Source of the DNA: Felis catus
Taxonomy: Eukaryota
Length of the DNA: 64,000 bases
Assembly (NCBI RefSeq): GCF_018350175.1
Contig: NC_058382.1
Span: forward strand, 28,706,001 to 28,770,000
Direction of reading: 5' to 3'
Both the position numbers and the translations under genes were made by a program. Each line of letters opens with the position of its first letter. Position 1 is the stretch's first letter. This document shows, piece after piece, positions 14,084 to 26,858 of the stretch. Under the pieces are notes generated by a model. That model saw only the letters and a list, made by a program, of their open reading frames with translations. It made no database searches and was not told the origin of the DNA.

Positions 14084-14395
14084 TCAAAACAAGTTTTCTA
14101 AAACGTTGATTTTAAATATAAACCCACAGTAGAATGTTAGATTGTCATCTTACTCTTAGTGACCCAGGGTTGTGGAACTGCCTGACCTCTGGGTGTCCGT
14201 GGAAGGGATCCTGAAAATTTGCAGCTCATTGGTGCCCTGCCCTGACACTCCACTTTCAGGCTCGGATCCCGTTCGCAGGCCATCGATGTCATGGCGGCAC
14301 CACACCCTGGGGTGCCAGCCATGGCTGCTTCAGTTTCATAGGGAACATTTTTTTTCAGCACTTTGGTTCTAAAAATATATATATCTTGTTTTTAG

Positions 14396-14761
<366 letters not shown>

Positions 14762-15351
14762 AGTTTTGTTTGTTTTTCAGAAATAGGCCAGTCTCATTAA
14801 TTATGAGTAAGAGTCTTACAGGATACAGTTCTTCTGAAAGGCAATTTAGTATCTTAAGAGCCTGGAAATATTAAGCTAGTACTTTCAGTCCTAGATATTC
14901 TGAGAAAATAATCAGAGGTGGAAGTAAATATTCTCTATGCAAATGTATTTATTGTCTCATGATTAAGAAATCAGAAACAATAGGAGAGGAGAGTAGTTAA
15001 ATGAATTTTCGTGACTCTGTACAATGGAGTACTGCCATTATAATTCGTGTTTGTGAAGACCAAAATGTAAGAAGGTGGTTATGATGTAAAGCTAAGTGAA
15101 AAGGTAAGTATGTTGATACTTCCTATAAGAGGAGACACGCACACACACACACACACACACACTCACACACGGTTTATGTAAATATGGAGGTATAAGTGAG
15201 TCATTGGAGAAAACTCACAGTAGTGTGGACAGTGGTTGCCTCTTGCTAACTGAAATTGTAGATGCTTGTAGTTCTCTCTGTACTTTGCTGTATCTTTGAA
15301 TTTTCATCAGTAGGCATTTTTTAATCATGTGAAAACACCCTGGAATATACT

Positions 15352-15561
15352 ATTTTTAATTTTTTAAAACATTTATTTATTTATTTTGAGAGAGTGTGAG
15401 CAGGGGAGGGGCAGAGAGAGAGGAGAGAGAGAACCCCAAGCAGGCTCCACACTGTCAGCCACAGAGCCCGACATGGGGCTTAATCCCACGAAGCGTGAGA
15501 TCATGACCTGAGCTGAAACCAAGGGTTGGACGCTTAACCGACTGAGCCACCTAGGTGCCCC
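15352..15561 (-). mobile_element. CAN SINE (head-to-head pair, left member)
   Basis: Ends gactgagccacctaggtgcccc. Confidence 0.9.
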
Positions 15562-15574
15562 TGCACTCACTTGA

Positions 15575-15801
15575 GGGGCGCCTGGGTGGCTCAGTTGGTT
15601 GAGCATCTGACTTCAGCTCAGGTCATGATCTCACAGTTTGTGAGTTCGAGCCCCGCGTCAGGCTCTGTGCTGATGGCTCAGAACCTGGAGCCTGTTTCGG
15701 ATTCTGTGTCTCCTTCTCTCTCTGTCTCTCCCCGACTTGTGCTCTGTCTCTATCAAAAATAAATAAATGTAATAAAAAAAATTTTTTTTTTAAATAAAAA
15801 A
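15575..15801 (+). mobile_element. CAN SINE (head-to-head pair, right member)
   Basis: Starts ggggcgcctgggtggctcag; tcacttga repeated on both sides. Confidence 0.92.
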
Positions 15802-15962
15802 TGGTCACTTGATCAGAGAAAATGTCTTTAAAGATATCCTGTGTCCAAGGAAATACAGTAACATTTATGGGGACCAGGAAGGACAGACCTGTTTGAATCT
15901 AAGTCCTTAATAAAGCTTAAACTTTTCCTTTTAACCCTTTTAATGGGAGAATACATGTTTAA

Positions 15963-16169
<207 letters not shown>

Positions 16170-16314
16170 TGAAGTTGGAAACATTTCAGGTTTTTGGAAA
16201 GTTTTCAGAGTCCTTATTAACTTGAATTCATAATCCAGTGGGATTGTTTACGTGTCTTCTGTTTACTTGGTGGACTTTTTAAAAGTACTCGGTTGCTGTT
16301 TGTAGGGATAGTAA

Positions 16315-16680
<366 letters not shown>

Positions 16681-16932
16681 TAGTTCGCGGTGGGTCGTCT
16701 GTGCTGAGTAGTAGAAGGGTGTGTGCGAAAAGCCTTCGAGAAGTATCTTGGGGACACAGGCTGACCGTCTCGAAATGCATAGACAGCATTACTAAACTAA
16801 GGAATAATATTGTTGTGATATTTTGACACACAGGTGATTTTTGTAAAAAGAATCCTAGAATTCTCATTTTAGGGCTGAGAGGTTTTACTTTCGGCTTTGT
16901 CTTCTTTTACTTTCGCGCTCCTCCCATTTTCT

Positions 16933-17155
16933 TTTTTTTAAATTTTTTTTTTCAACGTTTATTTATTTTTGGGACAGAGAGAGACAGAGCATGAACGGGG
17001 GAGGGGCAGAGAGAGAGGGAGACACAGAATCGGAAACAGGCTCCAGGCTCTGAGCCATCAGCCCAGAGCCCGACGCGGGGCTCGAACTCACGGACCGCGA
17101 GATCGTGACCTGGCTGAAGTCGGATGCTTAACCGACTGCGCCACCCAGGCGCCCC
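16933..17155 (-). mobile_element. Young felid SINE (SINEC_Fc-like), perfect 14-bp TSD
   Basis: TSD tcctcccattttct at 16919-16932 and 17156-17169. Confidence 0.95.
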
Positions 17156-17179
17156 TCCTCCCATTTTCTGTTTGAGCCA

Positions 17180-17345
17180 TGGTCACCGTTTATCGGGCGC
17201 CTATGCGCTGAGCTCTCTGGGAAGCACACTGAGTCTCCCACAAAATCCCTGCAAGATGGGGATCACTCCTCTTTCTCTGTTGTTGAGGCTGAAGCTAAGG
17301 TGCCTAAGGTCACATAGTTTGTATTTAACGCCGTCTTTCTGACCT
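17180..17345 (-). mobile_element. MIR fragment
   Basis: MIR-core-like tgaggctgaagctaaggtgcctaaggtcacatag. Confidence 0.5.
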
Positions 17346-18114
17346 CAGTTATGTTTTTTATACTGAACTACGTTGTCTTCTACATGACAAAGACTAGAAT
17401 AAATGTCTTCTTTGGAAAAATCGGCCTATTCTGCAGGTAACATGCTTCTTCCCCAAATGGGGAGCATGCTACCCCTTCTAGGCCCTTCTCTGGGATGCGT
17501 AGGCATTATTTAACAGATGCGTTAATGAGCCCACGTACAGTACCAGGGGCTCTACTGTAACTGACAAGCATCCCGATGTGAGACGTTGGGAAAGGCCATT
17601 GGGAGGGTAGGCTGGGAGAGGCTTTTGGGGGGCGCCTAGCACCACACCCCCTGGCGTTCTCATTCACTCTAATGACGTGTGAAGCAAAAGGTTTAAAATT
17701 TTGGAAGTGCAATAGTATTCATTTTGCTAGATCTGCTCTAAACTGGATGATCGCATGGTGAGACGTGTGGGGGTGCTTCTGTCTGGGAAGGGACACGGGA
17801 TGTGAGGAGGTGGATGCGTGCTTACGTGTACGAGGCACTGTTCCCTAACTGAATACAGACAAGCCTGCAAAGCGGGTTTAGAACTTTGCTCAGGATCTGC
17901 CTCCTTTTACCAGCTTTATTCTGTTGGCCCCAGAATCCTATCCGAGCCCAAGAAATGAGAAAACCGTCAAGAGTTAAAAAGAGGCTTTAACGTTTAAAAA
18001 TCAGGAGTGAAACCAGGTCCTTCTGATCTGGAAAGTCAGCTTCCCTAAATTTAGAATTGTAAAATCGCTTTGGTAGGTCAGGGCAGCAGAAGGTTTAGAA
18101 CTTTACTGCCCTAA

Positions 18115-18324
<210 letters not shown>

Positions 18325-18677
18325 GTGGGGTCATCTGGGCAGGGGCGGAAACCGAATGCGAGGCTTTAGTGTTGCATTTTACCTGAGCTGGCAATCTTGT
18401 TCAGCATCCATTGCCGGCAATGGATGCCTTTGTGGTGATGATCCTTCAGAAAAGGATTCCCGTGTTTAAAAAACAAATTGCTTTTGTGTTACTGAAGTAT
18501 TTAANNNNNNNNNNNNNNNNNNNNNNNNNNNNNNNNNNNNNNNNNNNNNNNNNNNNNNNNNNNNNNNNNNNNNNNNNNNNNNNNNNNNNNNNNNNNNNNN
18601 NNNNNNNNNNNNNNNNNNNNNNNNNNNNNNNNNNNNTTGTGACAGTTTAAAACCTCTTTTAGTCCATTGAGAATGTA

Positions 18678-18683
18678 AATAAA
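18678..18683 (+). terminator. CYLD: Candidate proximal poly(A) signal AATAAA
   Basis: Canonical hexamer ~350 nt after the stop, followed by a GU/U-rich tract; usage not demonstrable. Confidence 0.35.
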
Positions 18684-21600
18684 TGTGTCTTCTTTATGGA
18701 CCAAGGATATGAAATCATTTTTCCTTTTAGCTAACGGTTGCCTTGAGGAAGAAATATTTTGGTTTTATTAAGTGTCTGCTTTCAATCCAGTTATTAAAAT
18801 CGTACTGAGTTGGATTTGTTAATTCCTTCCTGTATACTGCTGGTTTCTGCATGTCAGCAATCTGCCGAGTTTCTGTGTTTCTGCAGTAGTGGTCAGAAAA
18901 ATACTTAAATTCCATTCATGGTGTTGTTTTCTATTTGTTCTGCTTTTGAGATAGATCTAAGTGATCTTGTCATAAAACGTCTATTTTTGATGTAATTTTC
19001 CTGGGGATTAGACTGCACAGCAACTGAAGCTCTTCATTCATAGTTGTAACTGTCAGCTAAGAGGTTTTGGGGTTCTTTGTTTTTTGGTTTTTTGTTTTGT
19101 TTTTTTGGGGGGGGTGTGAAGGAACTCTATTTTATGGAGCTGGGCACAATGCATTTTATTAAAGGATTGGGGTGATAAATATATTTCTACACAAATATAT
19201 GGTCCATCAGAAAATAAATTTGAATATAGACTACTCATTAAAACCTCCCTGAAGAGATGTGTTGTCTGTGTAAACCTCTCCTGTTGTAAGACCGTCCAGA
19301 ACTTCAGTGAGCTCAGCCAGTCTGCTCACCAAATGCAGTTTGATTGCGCAGGAGATAATGGCAGTTACGATATTTTATGGAAATGTTGGCAGCAGCTTTA
19401 TCCTCCTTCTGATTACGTAGAAAATGGATGTTTTCTCAGCTAATGTCCACAGTGTATGTCTAGAGCCCAAGTGGATGTCGTAGAGTAGAACCACAGATTA
19501 TAAATGTTAGTGCTGTGGAATGTGCTATGGTCTGTGTTTTCTTCGAGTGTCGTTTTGTGGCATTGTTGTCCTTCTGGAAAGACTTCCTAACCATGCAGAA
19601 AGACAGAAAAGTTGTCATGTGTATATAGCATATGACTTTATAAAACATTTAACGTCAAAACAAAGTGGAAAGCATCTTTATAAACCCTGCAATTACTTTT
19701 TTTTTTTTTTAAGTCTCGTTTAGCTTTGGTTCTATCATTCCATTTTGCTAATATTCATTAGCTTTATAAATTGCAGTAAGCTACAAAAACTCATTTTGTA
19801 AGTTTTTTCATTTTTGAAATGAAAAAGTACATACATTTTGCATGCGGTTCTGCTAAATGCTTGGGTGGGGTGGGGAGGTGGCTACTGAATCAGGGGTTTG
19901 GGGGTGAGGAGCCCAGACTGTGGGGCTGGCTCTGCCCCTGCCCCCCCCTCCCCTCAGGTACTAAGGGAAGGGCCTGGGGTGCACGATGTCTGAGGCCCTG
20001 ATCTTCTGTAAGTCCAGTCACCTGTTAGTAAATAGGTGTTGAGTGAATAAATGGATGAATGAGCGTATCAATGTGATTTCTGAAAAGATTATTTGGAGGA
20101 ATGACTAGGAATCTCTACCTAGATGAGATTGATTGCAATCTCTACCTAGATGAGATGAGATGAATTGAAGAGTTAAAAAAGAAGAGAAAGTTCCTTGTCC
20201 GTAAAAATTAAAATGCAAGTTCAAGAAGGTATGTCCTGCCCAGCCTCTTGTGGCGGAAGACTTGAAGAAGAGCCGTCCGGGGCTCCCCATCTCCCTCCAC
20301 CCCCCCACCCCGCATGGAGGCTCTTTCGAGGGGGCAGGGCCACATCTGTCAGTTATCTCTAAGGACATTTCCTTCAGGTAGACCCATACGTCTGTTTAGT
20401 GTTGCCTGGGGCAGGAGGCACTCGGGATGCCAGGGCCAGCCGCAGTGCTCCGTGTGGAGGGCTGGGCTCTCCCCCTGGTCCTGGACGGTCCCTCTGGGCG
20501 GCCCCTCCTTGTCCCTGCCCCGGCACAGCTGCGTGGGAAGTGGGCGCCATCAGGGCTGGGCTGTGTGGTACCAGTGGTTCATGCATCTGCGGATTTATTT
20601 ACGTTTTAGCCCTAGATGTTCTCTAACATGTTCCCGTTGGCTTTTAAAATGCGTTGGTGATCTCATTTTCCTTATCATATCCAAAATCAAGATGGCAATA
20701 TAGTAGAATTATTTATAACATGGTTTGTGATTCATAGCTACAAATAGAAAATATGATGAGTCCTGGTCCCCCACCTCCANNNNNNNNNNNNNNNNNNNNN
20801 NNNNNNNNNNNNNNNNNNNNNNNNNNNNNNNNNNNNNNNNNNNNNNNNNNNNNNNNNNNNNNNNNNNNNNNNNNNNNNNNNNNNNNNNNNNNNNNNNNNN
20901 NNNNNNNNNNNNNNNNNNNNNNNNNNNNNNAGAGGAACCCTGTTGTGATGTAGAGGCTAAATGTATTTCGTCCCTCCCAGTCAGCTTTATAAAGGAGTTA
21001 TAGTTTGACTCCGTCCGGGAAGAATGTTTCATAAGACTGAGAAAACACACTGAAAACCAAGAGAAACAGTAACAAAATTCAGCACCATATAGTTGTTACA
21101 ATTGCTGAGGATTACCTCCTTAGAATAGTTTAGGATCTTTATAATTCACGTTTGCCAAATGTTATAGGTAAATGGCTTCTTTCTGTCCCTTGGATCCATT
21201 TATTTTTTCACCTAACATAATTCAGGAACAAGGGGAAGACATAGTAATTAATCTTATGCAGCTTGTATTGTCATTCAAAGTCCCGTTATTTGAACTTGGC
21301 GTCTTCATAAGTTCAGGCTTCACTCCCCTCCTCTAGCTGGATATCCAGCCAGATAATTCTGCACCTGCTTGGGTGATGGTAGGCAGAGATGTGAGCCACT
21401 GGACATTTAGGACTGTGGCAGAAGGAATAGGAGACGTGGTCCTTGCCTCGAAACAGCTTAACACCTACTTCCGACAACAGGATCCCTACAAATGTTGGTG
21501 ACGTGTGAGGGCGACAGGTCTCGGGGAAAGCGCTGGGACACAAACAGCAACAGAAAAACTAATGGACTGGGGGACAAGAGACCTGGTTCCACTCTTTTCT

Positions 21601-23440
21601 CTGGCCCGTACTGTTAGCCTGAGAGGACTTCTTGATCTCTTTAGACCTTAGTGTCCTCTGTATAACAAGGGCGTTGGAATATCGAATTTCATGGGGAAAA
21701 AATATGAACTTCTAGGTCCCGGGCATGCCCGTTGGGTCTGACTCTTCATGCGTGGAGCCTAGGAAATTTGTTAGTAAAAGACCCCGCGAGGGGAGCCTGA
21801 CCGCTGGCCAGATTTGAAAACGACTGAGCTAAAAGATCTCAAAATTTTCTTTTCTTTTTGTGATTGTGCGGTCATGTAATGTTATCACAGTAATTACAGA
21901 AATGGGGGCAGTTGGATGTTTGTCACATTGTTTGTCTGGGGTTACATATGAATTTATGTACGAAATGCATTTTAGTATACATATACCTCAACCCCCTGTT
22001 TCCTAGAGGCTTTAGCGGTCTTTGGAGCACACAGATCTTCAGAGGATATCCGATGTTATTTGCCTGAACACTTGTCTTCCATTTTATTTCTTTAGGGGGA
22101 AACCGAGGCTCGCTCTGGGTACCAAAGAAACGGGAAAAACAAAACTGTGGCATGAAAGTAAAGAATCGTTTCTCACTATCTGCTACTTTAGGATGAAACT
22201 TTTAACATTTGTATGAGAAGACTTTCCTCTGGGCTAATGGGGCCCCTTGTCATGAAGCCAAAAATGTCCTTGTTAAAGTAGGTGGAGTGTGATGCTTAAC
22301 GTTAAATAGAAGTCCTCCTTCTCTGGCAGTGAGTGATGTTAGCCACGCACCCACGACCCCCCTTCAGCGAGAGGAACGCTTGGACCCCCCGAGGCGGGTG
22401 GGGCGTGTGGAGGAGGAGAGCGTGTGAACGTGGAAGCCAGTGCACAGAGGTGAGGGGGGAAGGACAGAAGGTCAACCCCTTCCCGCGTGGGGGTACACGG
22501 GGCTCACGGAAGACAGAGCTCCTGTGCGCCTCCTGGGGCGGGGGCGGGGGCGGGGACAGGTTGCGTCACCGCTCAGAGAGACCAGGGCTGTAGAGGGCGA
22601 GGCTGCCTGCGGGGAGCGGAGGCTGCACCAGTCTGTTCTGCTTCTAGAAGTTTCACCGGAGGGAAAAAGAGGAAAGGGGGCCCTTCATCTCATTCTACAT
22701 GCTGGGGCAGCTGCAGGGTGTCTCCGGAGTCAGAAAGCAGTGGTCAACAGCCAACCAGCACCGGACCCAAGGGTAGTGGGGACGTGGGTAAGGGGGTGCT
22801 CCCTCCCGACCGCAGTAGGGCTGGCGTTTGCAGGCCACTCCAGAGCCCGCGTGATTTCCGGACCTTCGGTCTTGGGCGTCTTTGTTTGACCACACAGTAT
22901 GTTAGTCTCCCTGTCACTAGGTCAGGGGAAGGGCCAGTTAGGGAGGAGGGCTGTCCTTCCAAGCACCCCAGGCCTCACATCTCTCTTGCACTTTTAAGTA
23001 CTGTCCTCTTTTGCTTGGTACTTTTTCTGGAGAGAGGAGGTTGGAGACTTGACCGTCACTGGTTCTGTTCTGTAAAATGGCCTGCAGTACCGTTGAGTTT
23101 TAACTCCAGAGAGTCTTCGTGTCCTGTCACAAGCATTTTTTTTTCTTTTTTAAGCCCGTTTGGAACTTCCCAGGGAAGTCGAGGTTATTCGTAAATGGGT
23201 GTAAAGGAGCACATTTGTACTGCATTTCGCGTATCTGGTGTCTTGTTCAACCATTGTTTTTTTCTTTTTGGCTTGAAGAATATGCCGTATTTATGAAGAC
23301 ATTTCTTTAAAAATAACACCACATAAACTATCCCTTTACGATCAGATTGCTCTGATTTAGCCTTAATTTTGTTAAACTTTTTAGAGATGAATGAAGTGCT
23401 CTGCTGTGGAAAGAAATGTACTATATACTATTTCTGTATC

Positions 23441-23446
23441 ATTAAA
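23441..23446 (+). terminator. CYLD: Probable distal poly(A) signal ATTAAA
   Basis: tgtatcATTAAAactaaatttttatggttccttttccttgatttc: upstream UGUA motifs, downstream U-rich element. Confidence 0.65.
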
Positions 23447-23993
23447 ACTAAATTTTTATGGTTCCTTTTCCTTGATTTCTTTGGGGAAGGGTTTCGGGTT
23501 ACGGGACAGCTGGGGTTGAGCACAACCTCTTAAGCTCTTAACGTTGTTGCGGGTGCCAGGATAGAAGGTTCCTTTGGGGGAAGAGCTCTCCCTGGGAGCG
23601 CACACCCTTGTCCAGCCTCCCGCCTCGTGACGACTGCTTTGGAAAACCTGTCAGACTTTCCCTGCTCTGGGCGACGGGCCGACGGTCTCTGGGTTACCCC
23701 GTGGCAGCATGGCGCCCTGTCGTTTCTTGGAGTAACTGGGCATTTCCAAGCTCTGGTCCCGATTAAAGCTCAGTTCTAAACCACTCCAGTAAGAGGTTGC
23801 CCTCCTGCGCTTCCTCACCTCTAAACAAGGGCACAAGGCTGTTGACGAGAAGAATCGTGGGTCCCTGTCCCCCACAGCCACAAGGAGGTGGTTAGATGCT
23901 TTCCTCTTCTGTGTAATCCAGAGAAGGGATTATATGATACCACACGATGGACCCTTTTATCCACCCTTAGGTACTGATGAAACAAGTCTTCCT

Positions 23994-24210
23994 TGGGACG
24001 CCTGGGTGGCTCAGTCGGTTGGGCGTCCAACTTTGGCTCAGGTCATGGTCTCGTGGTACATGGGTTCGAGCCCCGCGTCAGGCTCTGTGATGACGGCTCG
24101 GAGCCTGGAGCCTGCTTCGGATTCTGTGTCTTCCTTTCTGTGCCCCTCCCCCACTCAGCATGGGTGCGCTCTCTATCTTGGTAAGAAATAAACATTAAAA
24201 AAAAAAAAAA
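23994..24210 (+). mobile_element. CAN SINE
   Basis: Head gggacgcctgggtggctcag; TSD aagtcttcct. Confidence 0.9.
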
Positions 24211-24334
24211 GTCTTCCTCAAGAATGACTTGGAGTTTAGTCACTTTATGCCAAGGTAGGAAAGCCAGATGGTCTGAGTGATACTGGTAATAATAGTACAT
24301 TCAAGAATTTCCTTTTTCCTTCCTCCCTGTCTTT

Positions 24335-24531
24335 CAATTTTTTTTTTTTTTGAAGTTTATTTATTATGAGAGAAAGACAGCCCGAGTGGGGGAGGGGCAG
24401 TGAGGGACAGAATCCCAAGCAGGCTCCATGCTGTCAGCGTGGAGCCGGATGCGGGGCTCGATCCCATGAACCTTGAGATCATGACCGGGGCTGAAGCCTG
24501 ATCCTTAACTGACTGAGCCCCCCAGGCACCC
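24335..24531 (-). mobile_element. CAN SINE (older subfamily)
   Basis: Poly-T tail, gaatcccaagcaggctcc, ends ccaggcaccc. Confidence 0.88.
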
Positions 24532-26161
24532 GCTTTGCCATTTTAACATCCTTTGGCCTGTAGTCCGGGGTTTGCATACTTTCTCATAGATGCCACTCTT
24601 TGTGACTTGAGGTATGTTAGTGTGACAGTGAGGGCTTCTGTTCTTGTGCCCGCCGGTAGATGGGGGCCACCAAGAGAAAACGAGTCCCGGTCAGAGGAGA
24701 GCTGACCGGCTGGCAGGGAAAAACCACCGGCCCGGCTCGGCGCTCTTCTCCTGACTGTCCGCATGGTGGATGCACTGCCTAGAACAGCCCTTCCCAGTCC
24801 TGGCTGCACGCCGAATTCAAGCACGGAGACCTCAAAGTAATGCCTATGCTGCCCAAGCTATTAGAATCTGCAGACGGGGCCGTCCAGGCACTTGAGATTC
24901 CTCGAAGCTCTACATCTGTCCCGTGTGCGGCAAGATTGGGAACCACTTGTCAGGAGCGAAGGAGTTTTTTGAGACCCGTAATCTACTCGTCCATCAATCT
25001 CTGGTCCTGTAAAAGTCCAAGATCGTGGACTTGGACGAGCTCCCAAGGGGAAGTAGAAAAAATGTAGAGCTTCTGGCCCAAGCTCTTGGGAAACAGCCTC
25101 GGAAATCTGTGTGGGACGCGTTCTGGAGGTAGGAGAAAGCATTTGGAAGCAGGATGAATTTCCCTACTTACAAAGAGGAGTTGAATAAAAACACCCTTAA
25201 AGGGGCACAATGCAGATGCTCTTTTTTTTCCCTTCAGAGAACATTCCAAAGGGTATGTAAACGTAGATGCCCCACCAGGCTGATTAGGTGAGCAGTAGAG
25301 GAATTCTCAGGAAGAGACGCGGTTTTGGGGGGGGGGGTGGCATCACACAGAACTGTGGACGGTCACATCTGTGTGAACTGCCAGCTTGGGAGGACTGTTT
25401 TGCAGTGCCAGGTGTCACTGGAGGGGGAGGTGGCTTCTGAGGGGTTAGCAAAGAGGCGTGCGAACCCTCGACTGGACAGCATGAGAAGAGACTCATTGGT
25501 CCAGCGGTGACTTTCATCACAGATGTGCAACTGAAATTTGCGAGTTGCTCGCTGCTTTCGCCTCGCTGCTTCCCGAAGAACTCATGAGGGCTCTTAAATT
25601 TCATGCATCAAACCACTCCCTTACAAATAACCCCCGAGTCTGTTTTAAATACTGCCTTTGAAAGGAGCTTGTGGTTGCACTCGGGTTTGAAGAGTCGGAT
25701 TGGGAGCTGACTTGGGGCTGTCTTTTGAGCGCCTCCCCTGATTCCTCCCCACTTTGTGAGGTGTTTGAATGGGACCTCGGAGGGCTAGCCTTGGCTGGTG
25801 GCAGGCAGAGCCTCAGCAGCCTGTGGAATACGTGAGGTCAGGCCTTGGACCCTGATGCGTGGCTTCGCAGCTGTCCGATTGTAAATAGCTAAGGGGAGGC
25901 GGAGCTGCTCCCTGGAGCGCGGCCCGGTGGGGTTATCATCTTGCAATCTCTATATTTGAAACAAGCGCTCGACTCTTTCCGGCCATCTCTGCAAACTTTA
26001 GGCTGTTTGGTTCAGATGTATTTCGAAACTGTGCCCCGTAGGTCGCCCCTTGTGGGTGGGAGGGGCCGCTGTTCTGTAGAAAGATGAAGCGCAGTTTCAG
26101 GTCTCTGTTCAGAGGTCAGAGGTCACCCCCTCCAAGAGGCCTCCTTCACAGACCACATTAA

Positions 26162-26858
26162 CCCGTGGCGTGCTGGCAAATGTTTAACAGCCAGCTCTCC
26201 AGGGAGAGAACAAGCCCTGATGCGTAGCGTTTGCCGATTTTGTGGTGGGAATACTCTCACCGTGGCCGATCGCGTGCCACCCGTGGCGCCATCTCTACAG
26301 GTGGGTTTGGGAAGACGCGCAAGCAGGATTGCGTGGAAGTACGTAGCATTCCCACTGTCCTGATATGAGAGACATGAACACCCGAGCACAGACCGGGGTC
26401 GGCATCTGCGGCTGTTAGACCAAACCCACCTCACCACCGCCTGTTTTTGTAAATATCATTTTACTGGAACACGGTCCTCTCCCTTCCCATTACACATCTA
26501 CGGCTGCTTTTGTATCCCAGCGGGGGAGCTGAGGGCTTACGACAGAAACCTGTCTGCCCCGTTCAGCCTAAAAAATTTACCATCCCGTCCTTGACAGAAA
26601 AAGCTTGCTTCCCCCCAGCATAGATAGTTGTCAAATGTAAAGTAATTACCAAGTGATGAGTTTTAAATAGAACTTACTTAATTAAACTTCTTTTTTCCCC
26701 GAGTATAGGTGATTAAACGTAATAACTTTTAAATGTAACTTATTAGCTGTAAGTTTATATAATTTAACTTTAATAATAGGTGTATTTCAGAAGTGGCTCA
26801 CAAAATTCCTGACAACTTAGCAATTGGCTCCGAAGAGCCAGCTGCAGTTTACTGCTGA
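26162..26858 (-). mobile_element. MER63-like hAT-Blackjack fossil, interrupted by MER58A
   Basis: Termini cccgtggcgtgctggcaaatgtttaac... and ...ctcacaaaattcctgacaacttagcaattggctccgaagagccagctgcagtttactgctg resemble recalled MER63 ends. Confidence 0.55.
26393..26616 (+). mobile_element. MER58A (hAT-Charlie) nested element
   Basis: ggggtcggca...gcctgtttttgtaaat...ttttactggaacac...gcctaaaaaatttacc...acagaaaaagcttgc; 8-bp TSD agcacaga/agcataga. Confidence 0.8.

Larger units (their letters stand above)
18325..23465 (+). other. CYLD: CYLD long 3'UTR (~5.1 kb; 3' end inferred)
   Basis: Follows the stop codon, contains no CAN SINE, and ends in an AT-rich block with ATTAAA and a downstream U-rich tract; length agrees with the known long mammalian CYLD 3'UTR. 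Confidence 0.7.

Noticed and set aside
22487-23194. 235-aa ORF in the CYLD 3'UTR
   Set aside because: GTG start, low-complexity G/R/S/P composition, no homology recognised.
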